DNA of 64,000 nucleotides from Ascidiella aspersa (taxonomy: Eukaryota). The stretch spans positions 24,180,001 through 24,244,000 of the forward strand of contig OZ004613.1 of NCBI GenBank assembly GCA_963924565.1. The letters are read 5' to 3'. The notes under the pieces were generated by a model. That model saw only the letters and a program-made list of their open reading frames with translations. It was not told the DNA's origin and did not search any database. The position numbers and the translations under genes were made by a program. Shown in pieces: positions 13,551 through 25,700 of the stretch (the stretch's first letter is position 1; every line of letters starts with the position of its first letter).

Positions 13551-13749
13551 CAGGGCTGCGGAGTCGGAGTCGAAGTCGCGACTCAACGAAGTCAATTTGT
13601 GTTTTTGGAGTCGGACTCGTGAAGTAAGACTATACCCGAGTCCCGAGTCCGACGTGCGCAGTACGAAATTTCAAAACTGATAGTGCCGAGATCTGTAAAT
13701 TGTAAAGCTGGAATAAAACATATGGTTGAATACAGACTCCGCAGCACTG
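13551..13749. mobile_element. hAT-type MITE (GGAGTC-repeat family)
   Basis: TIR CAGGGCTGCGGAGTC / GACTCCGCAGCACTG; TSD ATAAAAAC / ATAGAAAC; related sequence at 45993-46282 and ~48090-48130. Confidence 0.8.
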
Positions 13750-15019
13750 ATAGAAACTTACTTATCTGAATTAAATGCTTCATAAAGGGCATCTCAACTT
13801 GTGAGCGACTAGTCGATGCATTAGTACTAATAATAGTTCGATGCTGTAGTTTTGGCGGTTTTAATATATTTTATAACGGACAAAGAGTACGTTAAATATG
13901 CATGGTACAGTATCAGCGCGTCAGGCCTTGTCTCACCCACGCTATAGTAAACATTGGACATCATTCGTTTAAAATCGTCGCTGCTTGCTATTCAGGCGTT
14001 AGTGTTTTAATTCGTTTTTTTCTTGACTGACAACTGAGCCAGACAGAACAGACTATGCGGTTTACGTTGCAGCGGGTCTAACCTGGCGCCTTCGGGCGAC
14101 CTATAATTGCGCGACAAACCTCGACGCGCCAACGGAATTTGTCCCGAGAAATGTTCATTTATTTGCTATTTTTAAAACCAAAAAACAAAAATTAAATTAA
14201 ATTTTGAAAGAAATTTATTCACACATACAAATTTATCTAGTTTTTAAAAACTGTATTCCTTTGACTTTTTTGAAATTTTTGTTAAGTTTTTTTTAATGTG
14301 TCCTGCAGAATATTAATGCGAGTACTTTAAACTTGCTGATGTGTAAATTTACAAACACTTAGTTTCCTATGCCCACCGAATGATAGTTGTTTTGCATCCT
14401 TTGCAATGACAACGCACTACACTAATCAAAAGTTATACTGCCCAGTTAAACACATCACAGATATAGTGCAGAAAACCCTCTTATCAACCACAGGGTAGTT
14501 CAAGATTGACCTCACAGTGTTCCACGGGCCACGTTACGGATCGCATAAGGCCTGGGTTCGGGACTACCCTGTCCTAAACTACAAGAAAAACACTTTGTAA
14601 CTCCTGAATATAGCTGGGCAATCGTGCTGGTAAACGACCACACTGCAGTATAAATAAACTGCAGCGTGCTAAATACAAATGATGTAGAAAGGGAAGAAAA
14701 CTCTTGTTTCCTTACGGCATTCTGTTGTTAATCGTTGTATAGCAAGTCTTTGATTAACAAATAAACCACGGTTCTTGTAACGCTTGCAAAAAAGAGGCAG
14801 TTTTTTGGCTACGTCAACATCGGTGTCATTCACCCTGACGAAGGCACCTTGCATATAGGTTACCTAAACTTTGGTTAAGAATTACAATTACCAGAGGAGC
14901 TGGTTTTCGATTAATATTATTCTTACGTCGTTCGACGTTTAACACGTTGTCAGAGCGTGTCCAACAATAGCCTATATACCAGTTCAAAAACGTCATTATA
15001 GGCCTACGCACCTCGTAAC

Positions 15020-15460
15020 CTCACTTGGCACAATCAGCCCTATGCAGCCGCTATTAACAGCTAAATCCCACTCGTCAAATCAAATCCGCGGAGAAAGGGT
15101 TCGCCTGCCGGGCCCGAGCAAAAAACGACAGCGCAAGGGCTCATCCCAAAGCAGACCTACTGTATATACGGTACAAGGGCAGCAATAACCCTCCACCGCA
15201 TCAATATTGATGGTCAGGGATGCTCGCGCTGACGTTTCAGGGATTAGCCAGGAGCTAAATCGCCAGGAGTGGCTGCGTTAGGTATAGAACGGTTCAACGA
15301 AGGGACGAGGACCGGGGAACCTTCCACCGATGGCCCGTTCTCCGGACGGGATTAGTGCGCCAGATGGTCGCTTCTCCCTTGTCGGAGTCAAAGAGCTGAT
15401 TGGATCGCCGTGGTTTGGAGTTACGTCGCCAAATTGCGCCGTGTCACGCTATTGCAAGGA
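15020..15460. promoter_or_regulatory. Candidate enhancer upstream of the LINGO-like gene
   Basis: GC-rich non-coding island with GGATTA twice (15241, 15349), palindromic ATCAATATTGAT (15200-15211) and CAGATGG (15361). Confidence 0.4.
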
Positions 15461-15538
15461 ATAACCGAGTGTTTTTTTTGTAACATAGCAAGGCGAGATA
15501 AGCCTTTGCAACGGGTTATGGGTGAGTTTCAAACAAAA

Positions 15539-15591
15539 AGGGTGTACATTTCAGTCATTAAGGGTGTAGATTTCAGTCATTAAGGGTGTAG
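15539..15591. repeat. ~21-bp tandem repeat
   Basis: AAGGGTGTASATTTCAGTCATT about 2.5 times. Confidence 0.8.
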
Positions 15592-15953
15592 CAGTTGGCG
15601 GATTCCAATCGTCTGATTGGAGGGTTTGATGTTTCGAAACAAAGGCAGCAATACAACACTAAAAATATACGAACCATTTCATGAGGAAATGTTTATTGTA
15701 TTAAGCGAATCTACATTGAATTCTATTGTACAACTTTTAATTTTGATACAGTTCACTTTATGTTATTATAAGAAAACGATTCTTCGTTTAACAAAATAAT
15801 AGGGGTCATATAGGAGTGTAATATGCTTTTTGCTCTTAAAGTACTAAAAGTTAAAGCCGGAGTCAAATTTTAATGCAACTGGTATAGACCTTAGATAATC
15901 TTCTTTTTTTAATGCAACTTCTTTGCTTTGTTCAACCGGCATATAGCTTAGAC

Positions 15954-16322
15954 CAGTGCTCTTCAACATGTGTGCACGGTGCACCCTAGGGTGCACCAAA
16001 ATATGCATAAGGTCCACCAGTACGAAAAGGTATACAAGGGTGCATCACATACTTTTATTGAATCATTATTGTTTGACATTGAACGCTCTTTTATGGCATG
16101 CAATAGTACTCACAAGCAGCATGCAGTCATAATCGAACTATCACCGACAGTGTGTAAAACTTCGGCAGCTCCGCTTGGTTTAAGTGAAATGATGATATTG
16201 ATATGCATAATGATTTTTCAAATCACTTTTAACCTCAGTTTACATTTTAAGTAAATAAGGTGCATGAGTTTGTTGCAACAACTTTAAGGGTTCACCAAAC
16301 CGAAAAAGGTTGAAGAGCACTG
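15954..16322. mobile_element. hAT-type MITE
   Basis: Perfect TIR CAGTGCTCTTCAAC; perfect TSD GCTTAGAC. Confidence 0.9.
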
Positions 16323-16461
16323 GCTTAGACGATACGCTTTATGTTTACGAAACATTTCTCGTATTCGATCTGCGACGAACTAAATTAAGACTGTGACAAA
16401 GAGATTTAAACGACCAACAGACCTCTGAGATTACGAACGATAACAGTAACTTAGTTTAAAC

Positions 16462-16764
16462 CAGTCTTTTCCAAACTTTTTAGTCTGTCATTCTATTTAA
16501 TTTAAAACGTTTTAATTTCTTCCACGCTTCACAGTAAAAACAGAACATTGCTTCTTGTCTATACTCGACACGTGTTTGTTAAAGGAAGATTGAGTTAAGG
16601 ATTTTGCTTTGTGTTGGTTTAATGCTTGTTTGTCAAAAGTAAAAAAAAAAATAAAACTTTCATATATATTTAACACTGTTATATTGACGTAGGCCTAATA
16701 CAACAACCCCTAAAACTCGTTATATGTCTCCCTGCCAGCAGGATACCCAGTTCGGAATGCTCTG
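16462..16764. mobile_element. Degenerate hAT-type MITE
   Basis: CAG...CTG ends with decayed TIR; perfect TSD GTTTAAAC. Confidence 0.65.
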
Positions 16765-18322
16765 GTTTAAACAATATTACAGATTTTCACCAGCGTTAGC
16801 CTAAGAAGGCTGTCCACAATTTGTCCTGCGTGTTGTAATGACTTAATTAAGTCACTATTTTGAAATGACTATACTTCTGTGGGACAAATGACTTTGGTAG
16901 AAATAAGCGTTTTTCAAAAAGCACGCATTTTTAAATTGTGTTATTTATCTTAATTTTTTAACATAAAACAATTTGATTGGTGTACGTTGCGTTTCTGAAA
17001 TCGTTTACTTGAGTTGTTCCTCATAATTATAATCGAACGAGTTGATCAGAGTTTATGGTCTGGAATTTAAAATGACTTGTTTAAAACACTGCTAATTTTT
17101 CTTACAACATTCCCTTTGCTTTTTTGTCGCGATCCAGCACAAGGATAAAGGATGTCCGCTAACTTGATTACTTGAAGGTATGACAAAGTAAAGCGAAACA
17201 AGATACGGTGGTTGCGCGACAAGCAGGCAAGGTTGACAAGGATTAGCAGTGCTCTTACGTCATTCACTTGCATAAGCCTATTTCACGAACTCTGCCTAAC
17301 TACGATACGAGGATTACTACTTTAAAAATAGCTTCTAAATAGAATAGTTTCGAATTGCGGTTATGTTGCCAAACAGTATGGTTCTATTGATTACTCGATT
17401 GTAGGCTAATCATAAGTCAGTCTACAGAACAAATACAGTAACTTTAAGGCTAAACCTAATCTTGCGTTGATTAGGCTGGGGGGTTCGGAAAATATTTGTG
17501 GCATGTTACAAGATCCATTCGTTTAAATCGTATTACTTAACTACAACAGTGAATGGATAAACGAACTTTTTACTTTTGTAGTAGATTTTGCGGCAGAACT
17601 TTTTTTTGATCAATTTTTTTCACTGAAACACCCTTTTTTGCAAACTGGTAGTTAATGGCCACGTATTTGTTGCCCAAAATTAATTTCTGCTAGTTCTGCT
17701 TTCGTGCGGTGTGCACTCACAAATAAAAGCAAAACCAAATAGGTAGAGGTTAAACAATTTTGTAATTTTTAGAATTATGCAGTATCATAATTACTTTAAA
17801 AAGCTGGATTAGTGGAATCGCTATATAGCCTAACTATTAACATAAATTACTTTAATTTTAAGGATTATAGGTAAATATATATACATATATTAACCTTTAT
17901 ACTATCTGTTGGTAAGACGAACTACCTTTTTTTGCCACGCCTAATAACATTATTATTCTTGATATTTCATAAAGAAAATGACTGTTTTATTAACTCTACA
18001 AACCGAAATTTCTAATGAACTGCTTAGTACGAAACTGAAGTGTATCGTCTGTGCGTGAACCCAGAGTTTCCAGGAATATTTTTCAAATCGTAGAATAAAT
18101 AGAAACCGGTACGTATTGTTTTTAGGCAATTTTAGAACTTTGTAACCAAGAAGTTAAACTCCACAATATAGTTGCATTTTTTCATTTTTCTTCTTATAGT
18201 TATACAAAATAAAAAGTTGACGCAAGCTTTGAGTTGAAAATTAGTCCTGCTAAAGCAGAATTGCAAGTCGTACGACCAAGAATGACGTTAACGGAGAATG
18301 TTATATATGATTAATTATGTAG

Positions 18323-18444
18323 GTACACTATGCACGAATCGGTAATGTAGCTTAATAATAAATTGCAAAGCCAAAAAGGTCGAGTATATTGACATCATCT
18401 TGATTAAGACGTTTCGATACGAGCTTGTATCATCTTCAGTTAAT
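18323..18444 (-). mobile_element. Hammerhead-bearing Penelope-like non-autonomous element, family 1 (single arm)
   Basis: Near-identical to 58657-58746; the tail ends in TGCATAGTGTAC as in the copies ending at 56912 and 58858. Confidence 0.75.
18403..18444 (-). ncRNA. Minimal type-I hammerhead ribozyme, intact core
   Basis: Minus strand reads ATTAA CTGAAGA T GATAC aagctc GTATC GAAAC GTC TTAAT: stem I (5 bp), CUGANGA box, stem II (5 bp), GAAA box, rudimentary stem III, GUC triplet. Confidence 0.88.
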
Positions 18445-20934
18445 GTGACTGAGAAGCAATTCAAACATCAGTTATAAGAGATGGTGATTAATTAAATTGT
18501 TCGCATTTTACAAAAGCGTTTTTCATTCCGGTCAACCTCATGGAAAAGAAACTCTTTGTAAGTTTTAAGTTGTATTATTTTTTATGATTACACCAAGTTA
18601 AATAAATTTATTTAGGTAAGGGTAGTTTTCGATAAGCTGAAGTTTTGTACCTTCTAGGAATCTAGGCTTAGACGAAAACGCACGTAAAATGTAGAGTTTT
18701 TAAACTTCGACAAAAAGAATATACTTTGTACTAGGAATGATATCAGAACGTTAAAAATGTTGTTTAGAGAAGCGTGTTATTATTTATGTTGAATTAAGGC
18801 CCGACAGCAGTTGATAAGTATGTTTTTCCATAAATAATACCAACAATCGTTTTATTATAAAACAGTCGCTTAACAAATTAAATATCTTCTCGAATGCGAA
18901 ACTAATTTAAGTCTAAACACATGTGGGCAACGTAACCACCAAAAAGTAACTTAATTGCTAGTATTCTAGGCGCGGGTAGCAATTTCAAAGTTTATCTTGA
19001 TGAAAATGTGTCGTCACAAAAGGTAAAAAATATGACATCGCTTTCACAATGGAATAGAGTTGCATGCGGCGAAGGTGGTAGAAAAATGGCGTTGATTAAG
19101 TAAGTACGAAAAGTACGGTTAAAGCATATCTAAAAAAATGGTACCTTACTCAAAAAATGTGAAATCGTTTGGCTAAGTAAGGTCGTTCTTTTACGAGGAC
19201 GTGTTACTTTCACGGTTTCCTAAGGGCCCATCACATACCGAACCTACAAGGTAAAAAAAATATTTCGAAAAATAATTTCAAGTGAACGTTTCTACGATAG
19301 ATGTCAGCAACATTAGGACCATTACTTACGCTGAAAATTAAAAAAGGGGGCAAATTAAAAAAATAATGTTTTTTTTTTCAAACTACAAAGTGCACATCGG
19401 AGGTGAGGGCGATTTGATCAAATAAAAAGCCTAAACTAGGCGAAACCACATCGACATATTTAGGTCGGCAAGACTAGAACTTCGTTATATACTGAGAATT
19501 TTATAACCAGTCGTGGAGGCGACGAATAAATTTGAATTATTTTCCAACAATAGCAGACACGGAAAGCCCTCAATTGTAAAGAGTAGACATAGGTATAAGT
19601 TTTGAATATGACACCACATTTCAAAAACAATCCCTCGCCGCATTTTCGCGTTGCCAACTCTGCAAACCGCTGGGCTTTAAAAGCATCAACATTGTTGCGA
19701 TAAGGAAATAAATTTTATATAGTTCGGGTAAGACCTTCGTACACCATTTACCGGACTATTGGAAGCTTAGGACGATTTGCCATGTCCGATGGCAGTTTGG
19801 GCACCGATCTTTCTGGAATTGTGTCACTGGACTGTTATGTGCATTGTTTGGTTTTCAAGTTTGGTTACAGCGGGTATTGGTTGATTAGATAAGAGGATAA
19901 ATCTTATTCTGGCATTTACCCATCATTCTAACGGATTCAAGTCGCATTCCGACTCATAGTTTTAGTCAAGTAGCGGTTGTATTCCGACGTTGTCGTTATT
20001 CCAAATAATTAAATTACACAAGCAAGTGCTTTATTTCCACATTCAAGGCAATTTTCAAATTAGAAAGATAGGCTTTGAAAAACAGAGATTCTTTACAGTT
20101 TCGGAAACTCCAAGCAAACCCTTGGGACACTCTTTTTAACAGGTAACACATGACTTACATTATCGACAGTTCTAATATGGATCGTCTGGAACAAACAAAT
20201 GGTTGGTGACAGTGGAGGTTAGTTTCACCTGACGAAACCTAATTTTCGTGGCGGAGCGGAAAACCCAAAAAACTCGCAACGGATGACGATGGTTAAGTCG
20301 GAAAGAAACATTGCTTAAATCATTGACTTATTGATCCTATGGCAGCGAAATCCGAACAGAAAACCGCCGGATCAATTTTACCGCTAAAACCCAATAACTT
20401 GGGGATAACAAGGGTTGAAGTTATTGAAACAAGTTAAATTTCATATTTTTGATAAATGAATCTATTTTTTTTTAAATTAATCTATTCAATTAAACCAAGT
20501 AGGCTTAAAGAACCTTTTAAAGGTCAAATTGTTATATAATTTGTCGGATTACAAAACTGCTTTATAAAATACTTCTATAAACAGGAGAAAATTATACATA
20601 CACAAAACCCGGCCCAAACTTCTAAACTATAGAAATATCTGGCATTTAGGCAGTTGAACTTATCTCGGTCCAAACCGAATGTAAGGGCACGTCAGAGCCC
20701 TAAGTAAAAACCGAAAAGTTGCCATATTGGCAGGCCTTTTAAACTGGCGTGTTACCGATGGGAATTGCGAAAGCCTGTTGTTGCGGGGAGATCTAGACAA
20801 GAAATTGTTGTGTTCTGTTATCACTTACAACATGAACTGTTATCACTCCAAGAGTAACGCGCGATCGTATTTTTGACCTTTCTGGCGACCCCAGTTTTTT
20901 CCCTATACGCACACACACGCGCGCGCGGAAAGAG

Positions 20935-21151
20935 ATTGAATATTAATATGTTTTTAAATAATAATTTTGTTTTTAGAATTTGAAAAATGTAGACCAGTCC
21001 TAAGACGGTGGTAATTTTTTTCCCTGGGATGAAATTATTAATTTAATTTTCATGGCGAATATTACTATTGAATATTAATATGTTTTAAAGTATTAATTTT
21101 GTTTTTAAAATTTGAAAAATATAGTCCAGTCCTAAAACGGTGGTAAATTTT
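20935..21151. repeat. Direct duplication of ~85 bp (period ~132)
   Basis: ATTGAATATTAATATGTTTT...CCAGTCCTAARACGGTGGTAA twice. Confidence 0.85.
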
Positions 21152-21433
21152 CTTCGGAAAAAATTATACGTAAATAAGTTTATTTTGGCGTTAAAGTAAT
21201 CTGGCAGAATTTTCTTTTTTCGATGACCAGCTCTTTGTCCTAGTGTCTATAAACAGTGCTCGAATTTTTACACAACATTCAGTCAGGTAAATTCCCTCAC
21301 CGGAGAATATTGACGTCACGTGACTGCAGGGATTTGAAGGCACCATTTCGCTAGAGCGATCTCACGATCTCCAAGGGATCTTTCGACGTCGCGTTTTAGA
21401 TAGGCCCCTATTCCTAAATTCCTTTACCTAAAT

Positions 21434-21714
21434 CAGTGATTCCCAAGCCTCGAGAGGTTGACAAGTGTGCCGCGAAGCTTTTTCTAATTTCTGAAAATAG
21501 AGTATTTATATTACCAATAGGCATACCGGTACACGCAAGCATTTTAGACTTAAATACGCACTATTCATTACAAATTAATAATTTTGAGACATTTACATCT
21601 AGTTTGTCGTGTGTTTAGTGCGAATGTAAAAATAATATTTTGTTGTTCAGTTAAAAGGGTGCCACGAAAGATTTTTTTGGTGTGCTGCGAGCCGTAAAAG
21701 TTTGGGAACCACTG
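21434..21714. mobile_element. hAT-type MITE
   Basis: TIR CAGTGATTCCCAA / TTGGGAACCACTG; TSD ACCTAAAT / ACCTAAAG. Confidence 0.8.
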
Positions 21715-22782
21715 ACCTAAAGCGTTCCCTCATGCTGTGTTGAGCTTTATTTAAAAGCGCAAAAAAGATTCTTTAGTCGAAAGACTTTATTATGGTGAGA
21801 ATACCAAAAATGTCCTCGCATCACTGATTACTTGTTTTTGAGAACCACTGATCCATCTCCTTCAGTATAATTTTCGTCATTAACAGCTTTAACTTAGGTA
21901 AAGAAACAAACCTGTTTTCGGAATAAACACGGTTTAAGTATTAGGTAGGCCTACACTTTAGCGTTATGATTACTAACTCATCGTTGTCTACAACTCGTGG
22001 CATACATGTAAGCAAGTTCGACTGTAACCTCAATTATTCTATATAAGTATAAATAGATGTTTCTTAGCGACGTCCCTCATTGTATCATTAAGTTACCAAG
22101 TTAATGCTTTCTAACCTATTTCTATTAATTATATCAGTACGTTTTATTTGTTTTATGCAAAATATTTACCCAAAGGTGCCGTATAAATAATGGCACGTTC
22201 GGCCTTCCTTATTTGCCAATTTAAACTAAATTTACGCATTTTTTGGACTTCAGCTCCTTATTTGTGCACAAGTTTCCGAGATCAACGAAAATTGCAAAAT
22301 TAGCGTTATATATACCATTTATTTTGTTAATAATGATCTAATGCCGTCATCAACTCGATTTATCGCCTTGGTCGTATTTGGTCTTTTTTGTTATATTTAG
22401 TATACTCTTTAATATAAGACCAATTTGAGCCCAATTTTTTAGCCCTTACCAATATCTGGATGACGTATAAAACACGCTATTTTTCGCGTCGTACCAAACG
22501 TAGATACAAATGCTATACTTTCAAACTAAAATATCACAATAAGAGTTACGCAAGAGTCTGCGGTCTAAACTTTAAATTAAATCGAATGACAAATGCCTGT
22601 TTTTCGTCGTCTCCCCAATTCTCTAATAAAGAACCTATACCGACATAAATATGTACATAAAATTTATTGAAAAAGTCATAAAATACAAATTAATGAAGTT
22701 TCAAACAATTTTTTCGGCGCCGGCCGAATGGTTGTAAACCATGCGATCACATTGTCTTTATAGAGAAATCTCTCGAGATCAC

Positions 22783-25700
22783 TCAAAACATGAGTGGATC
22801 GACTTGCAACTGTTTGGGGATGTTGCAAGTGTACAGCCAAGCTTCCACCTCCTCTTCTTCTGCGTCAGTCATCTTGTATAGGTGCGGGGTTCGATCGCAC
22901 AACTGGCGGATATCTTCGTTTGTAATCAGTGGCAGGTCGTCGGGAAACTCATAAACTAAATCCAGCAGTTGTGGTTCCAGATCGAAAAACCTGGAATCGT
23001 CTAACTGCAAATCAAGGAAGATTTTAATGCCATATAAAATATTGAGTAAGAACTAATCAATGAAAATGATTTACCTGTATTTTTCCTAACCGCCGTGCAC
23101 CACCGGAAACGCATGGGACGAGGTTAAAAGGTTCCGCCAGTTCCTTAATTTCATCGAGGAAGTCAACCTCTTCCAAAATTGTTCTTCTCATCCTAGTTGG
23201 CTTCCTCATCTTGCCGATGACAGAAGATGAGGTGCAGCGATGCTCAGGGTCATCTTGAATCCTGAACAACTTCTCCCTTGTTAAGGCTCTTTGCATGCTT
23301 GCCATCCAATCTTCCTCTTTTTTCTTATCCAGTTTTGGTACATGGACAGTTAGCGACTCTGAAATTGCAGACGACTTACTTTTGGGCACCATTTTAAGCG
23401 CATCACTCAAGTCTTTCGGTGTGATTTGAAGATTGGATCCACAACGCTTGGACACCGGTCGTTCCAACTTGCTTGGCTGTCGCATTTTTGACTCGTTCTT
23501 TACTACCATTTGAACCTTGTGGTTGGTCGGCGCACGGAGTTTAGAGGAAGAATCAACTTTATTTGGTGCCTTAAGTCTTCTTGGTGGACAAAGTTTAGAA
23601 GGAGAACCATTGGGTGCGTTGTGAGAGCTGGATACAGCTGTCAACTGAGAAGTGCTCACTTTTATCGCTGTCTTGATTGGGTTTGGTGTCCGCAGTTTGG
23701 AGTGAGATCCAGCAGCAGCAAGTTTTTTTGTCTTTGGTATTTCGCCAAGTTTTGACGGAATGGAAGACCTATCTTGTGGTGATTTTTTAGATCTTGCCTT
23801 CTTCGCCAGCCGTTGTGCGTCTTTTTTTGCCTGCTGTGCCAACTCCTCTTGGTAGTACCGTTCCCAGTCTTCTTCAGTGGGAGACTGGCGAACGTGTTTT
23901 TTCTTTGGTAGTTGATTAATAGATTTCATAATTTCATCAACTACAAGAAGTGTATCTTTGCTCGTTGTATCTCCGGGATTACGGAGGGAATTTATGTCCT
24001 GTCTTTTGCAATATGCCCTTCTTTGCAGTCGCTGTGCATCCTCTTTTGCCTGTTCTGCCAACTCCTCCTGGTAGTACCTCTCCCAATCTTCTTCGGTGGG
24101 AGTTGTTCCAACGATTTCTTCATTAGGCAATTTGTTAATTGCCTTTATGATATCGTCATTGCTGAATTTCGGGATTTTGACAAAAGGGTGCTTCCTTTTG
24201 GACCATTTCTGAAGCCAATATTCATGTTCTGGATCAAGGAATCCTCCTAGTTCATCTGATCCTGGATAGCTTGTGACGACAACATGGGACTTACTAAGTA
24301 CTGGGCGCAGTCTTTTTGCCACTACGGAAGATTTGTCGGTTTTATTTACTTTCTTCGAAGTACCAGCCCTTGCTGGAAGAGTAGTAGTTTGTGTTCCTTT
24401 GTTGAACTTCGACCTGGGTTTTAGCGCCGGCAACATTCGAACAGTTCCAAAAATAGTTTGGGTGAATGTGGTTGCGCTTTGTCGTTTTTGTAGGGTTCCA
24501 GTGTCCGATGTTAGTACATAATCCGGTTGAGTTTGAGTTGTTTGTGTGCTTACAGGCGAACCAACGACTGCTACAGTCTGGGTGGAAAGAGTAATACCAG
24601 CACTTTTGGAAGTCTGAGACGCTGAGAGCATGGGACGTTGGAAGGTCTGAGTTGAAGTCGACACAGCAAGTGACTTTGAACTTTTCGAATCATGTCCAAT
24701 AGTTTGAGTGAAAACAGGGGCGGTTGTCGAAATAGAGGTCTGTGTGGATGCGGGTTTACCAACGGATTGGGAAGTCTGGGTTGGAACTGACTTGAGGATC
24801 GGATTAACCGTTTGGATACGGGCGGGCATGAAGCATTTTCTGATGGTCTGTGTTGGAATTGGCGGTACGACAAACTGAAAGGTTTGGCTTGCGACAGATA
24901 GGGATTGTGCTTTTACTAAGTTAATCGTCTGGCTTGAGCTGGATTGAGTAATTGGGCGCTTTACAGAGGATTTGGCAGGTTGAATCGTGCAATGAATGAA
25001 GAGCTGCTGCGGTGATTTAGACACGGCCTTGATATTTTGGCTGCTCTCTGTTAAACGTAGGGGGAGAGTCGGTGATTCTAAAGGTGACTGGGCTAAACGA
25101 TCCTGTACCCTACGCTGCTTTACTTTAGTCAGAAGAGCATTAGCCTTGGTCAAGACATTCCTTTCCAAGTGAGCAAGGAATATTTCAAACATGTCGGAGG
25201 TGATGATAAAATGTACGCAAGGTCCATTAATCGGAAACCCTGTTTGAAGAAACACAACCATGTCAGCAGGTAACAGGAACGGTTCGAATGGTAATTTGGG
25301 AGAAGGTTTCGCAATGGACTTCACGGCGACATTTGATAGACCTATAAATACACAAATATGGGTTAAAAGGTGTACAACTAAGCCCAAGGCAGTAATCAAT
25401 ATAAAATCCCACAGCAATTACCTCGCAATCCTATATTTTCGAATTTCTTTCTTGCCGGAATGCAAATTGTCAGCAACTTATCGTTGTTTAGGTTGCTTGA
25501 AATCTTTGTGAAAAAATATTGCATGTACAAATTAACAAATTTAGACATAGACACTTACAGGTAACAAAAAATGGTATTCATACATTGAAAGCTTAGTCAT
25601 AGCAACGGCTTACGCAGAAACGTAAGAAAAAGGGCATTACTAAGGGTTATAGTTCTTTAAAATTAGAATAAATGTTTGCTTGGTTTATAAATATAGCATT

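Noticed and set aside
18011-18050. CTAATGA..GAAAC hammerhead-like stretch
   Set aside because: G5 is mutated, stem II is poor and there is no stem I.
18325-18335. CACTATG ends suggesting a Transib or CACTA DNA transposon
   Set aside because: Ends are asymmetric and variable, there is no constant TSD, and the element carries a hammerhead typical of Penelope-like retroelements.
24125-24180. Similarity of FSNDDIIKAINKLP to the pre-RT linker of LINE ORF2
   Set aside because: No KAPGPDG or reverse transcriptase motifs follow; a generic amphipathic helix.
25342-25417. Hydrophobic N-terminus MLWDFILITALGLVV of the 786-aa ORF as a signal anchor
   Set aside because: It starts at TTG and lies within an 80-nt GT-AG intron (25421-25342) that joins open frames.
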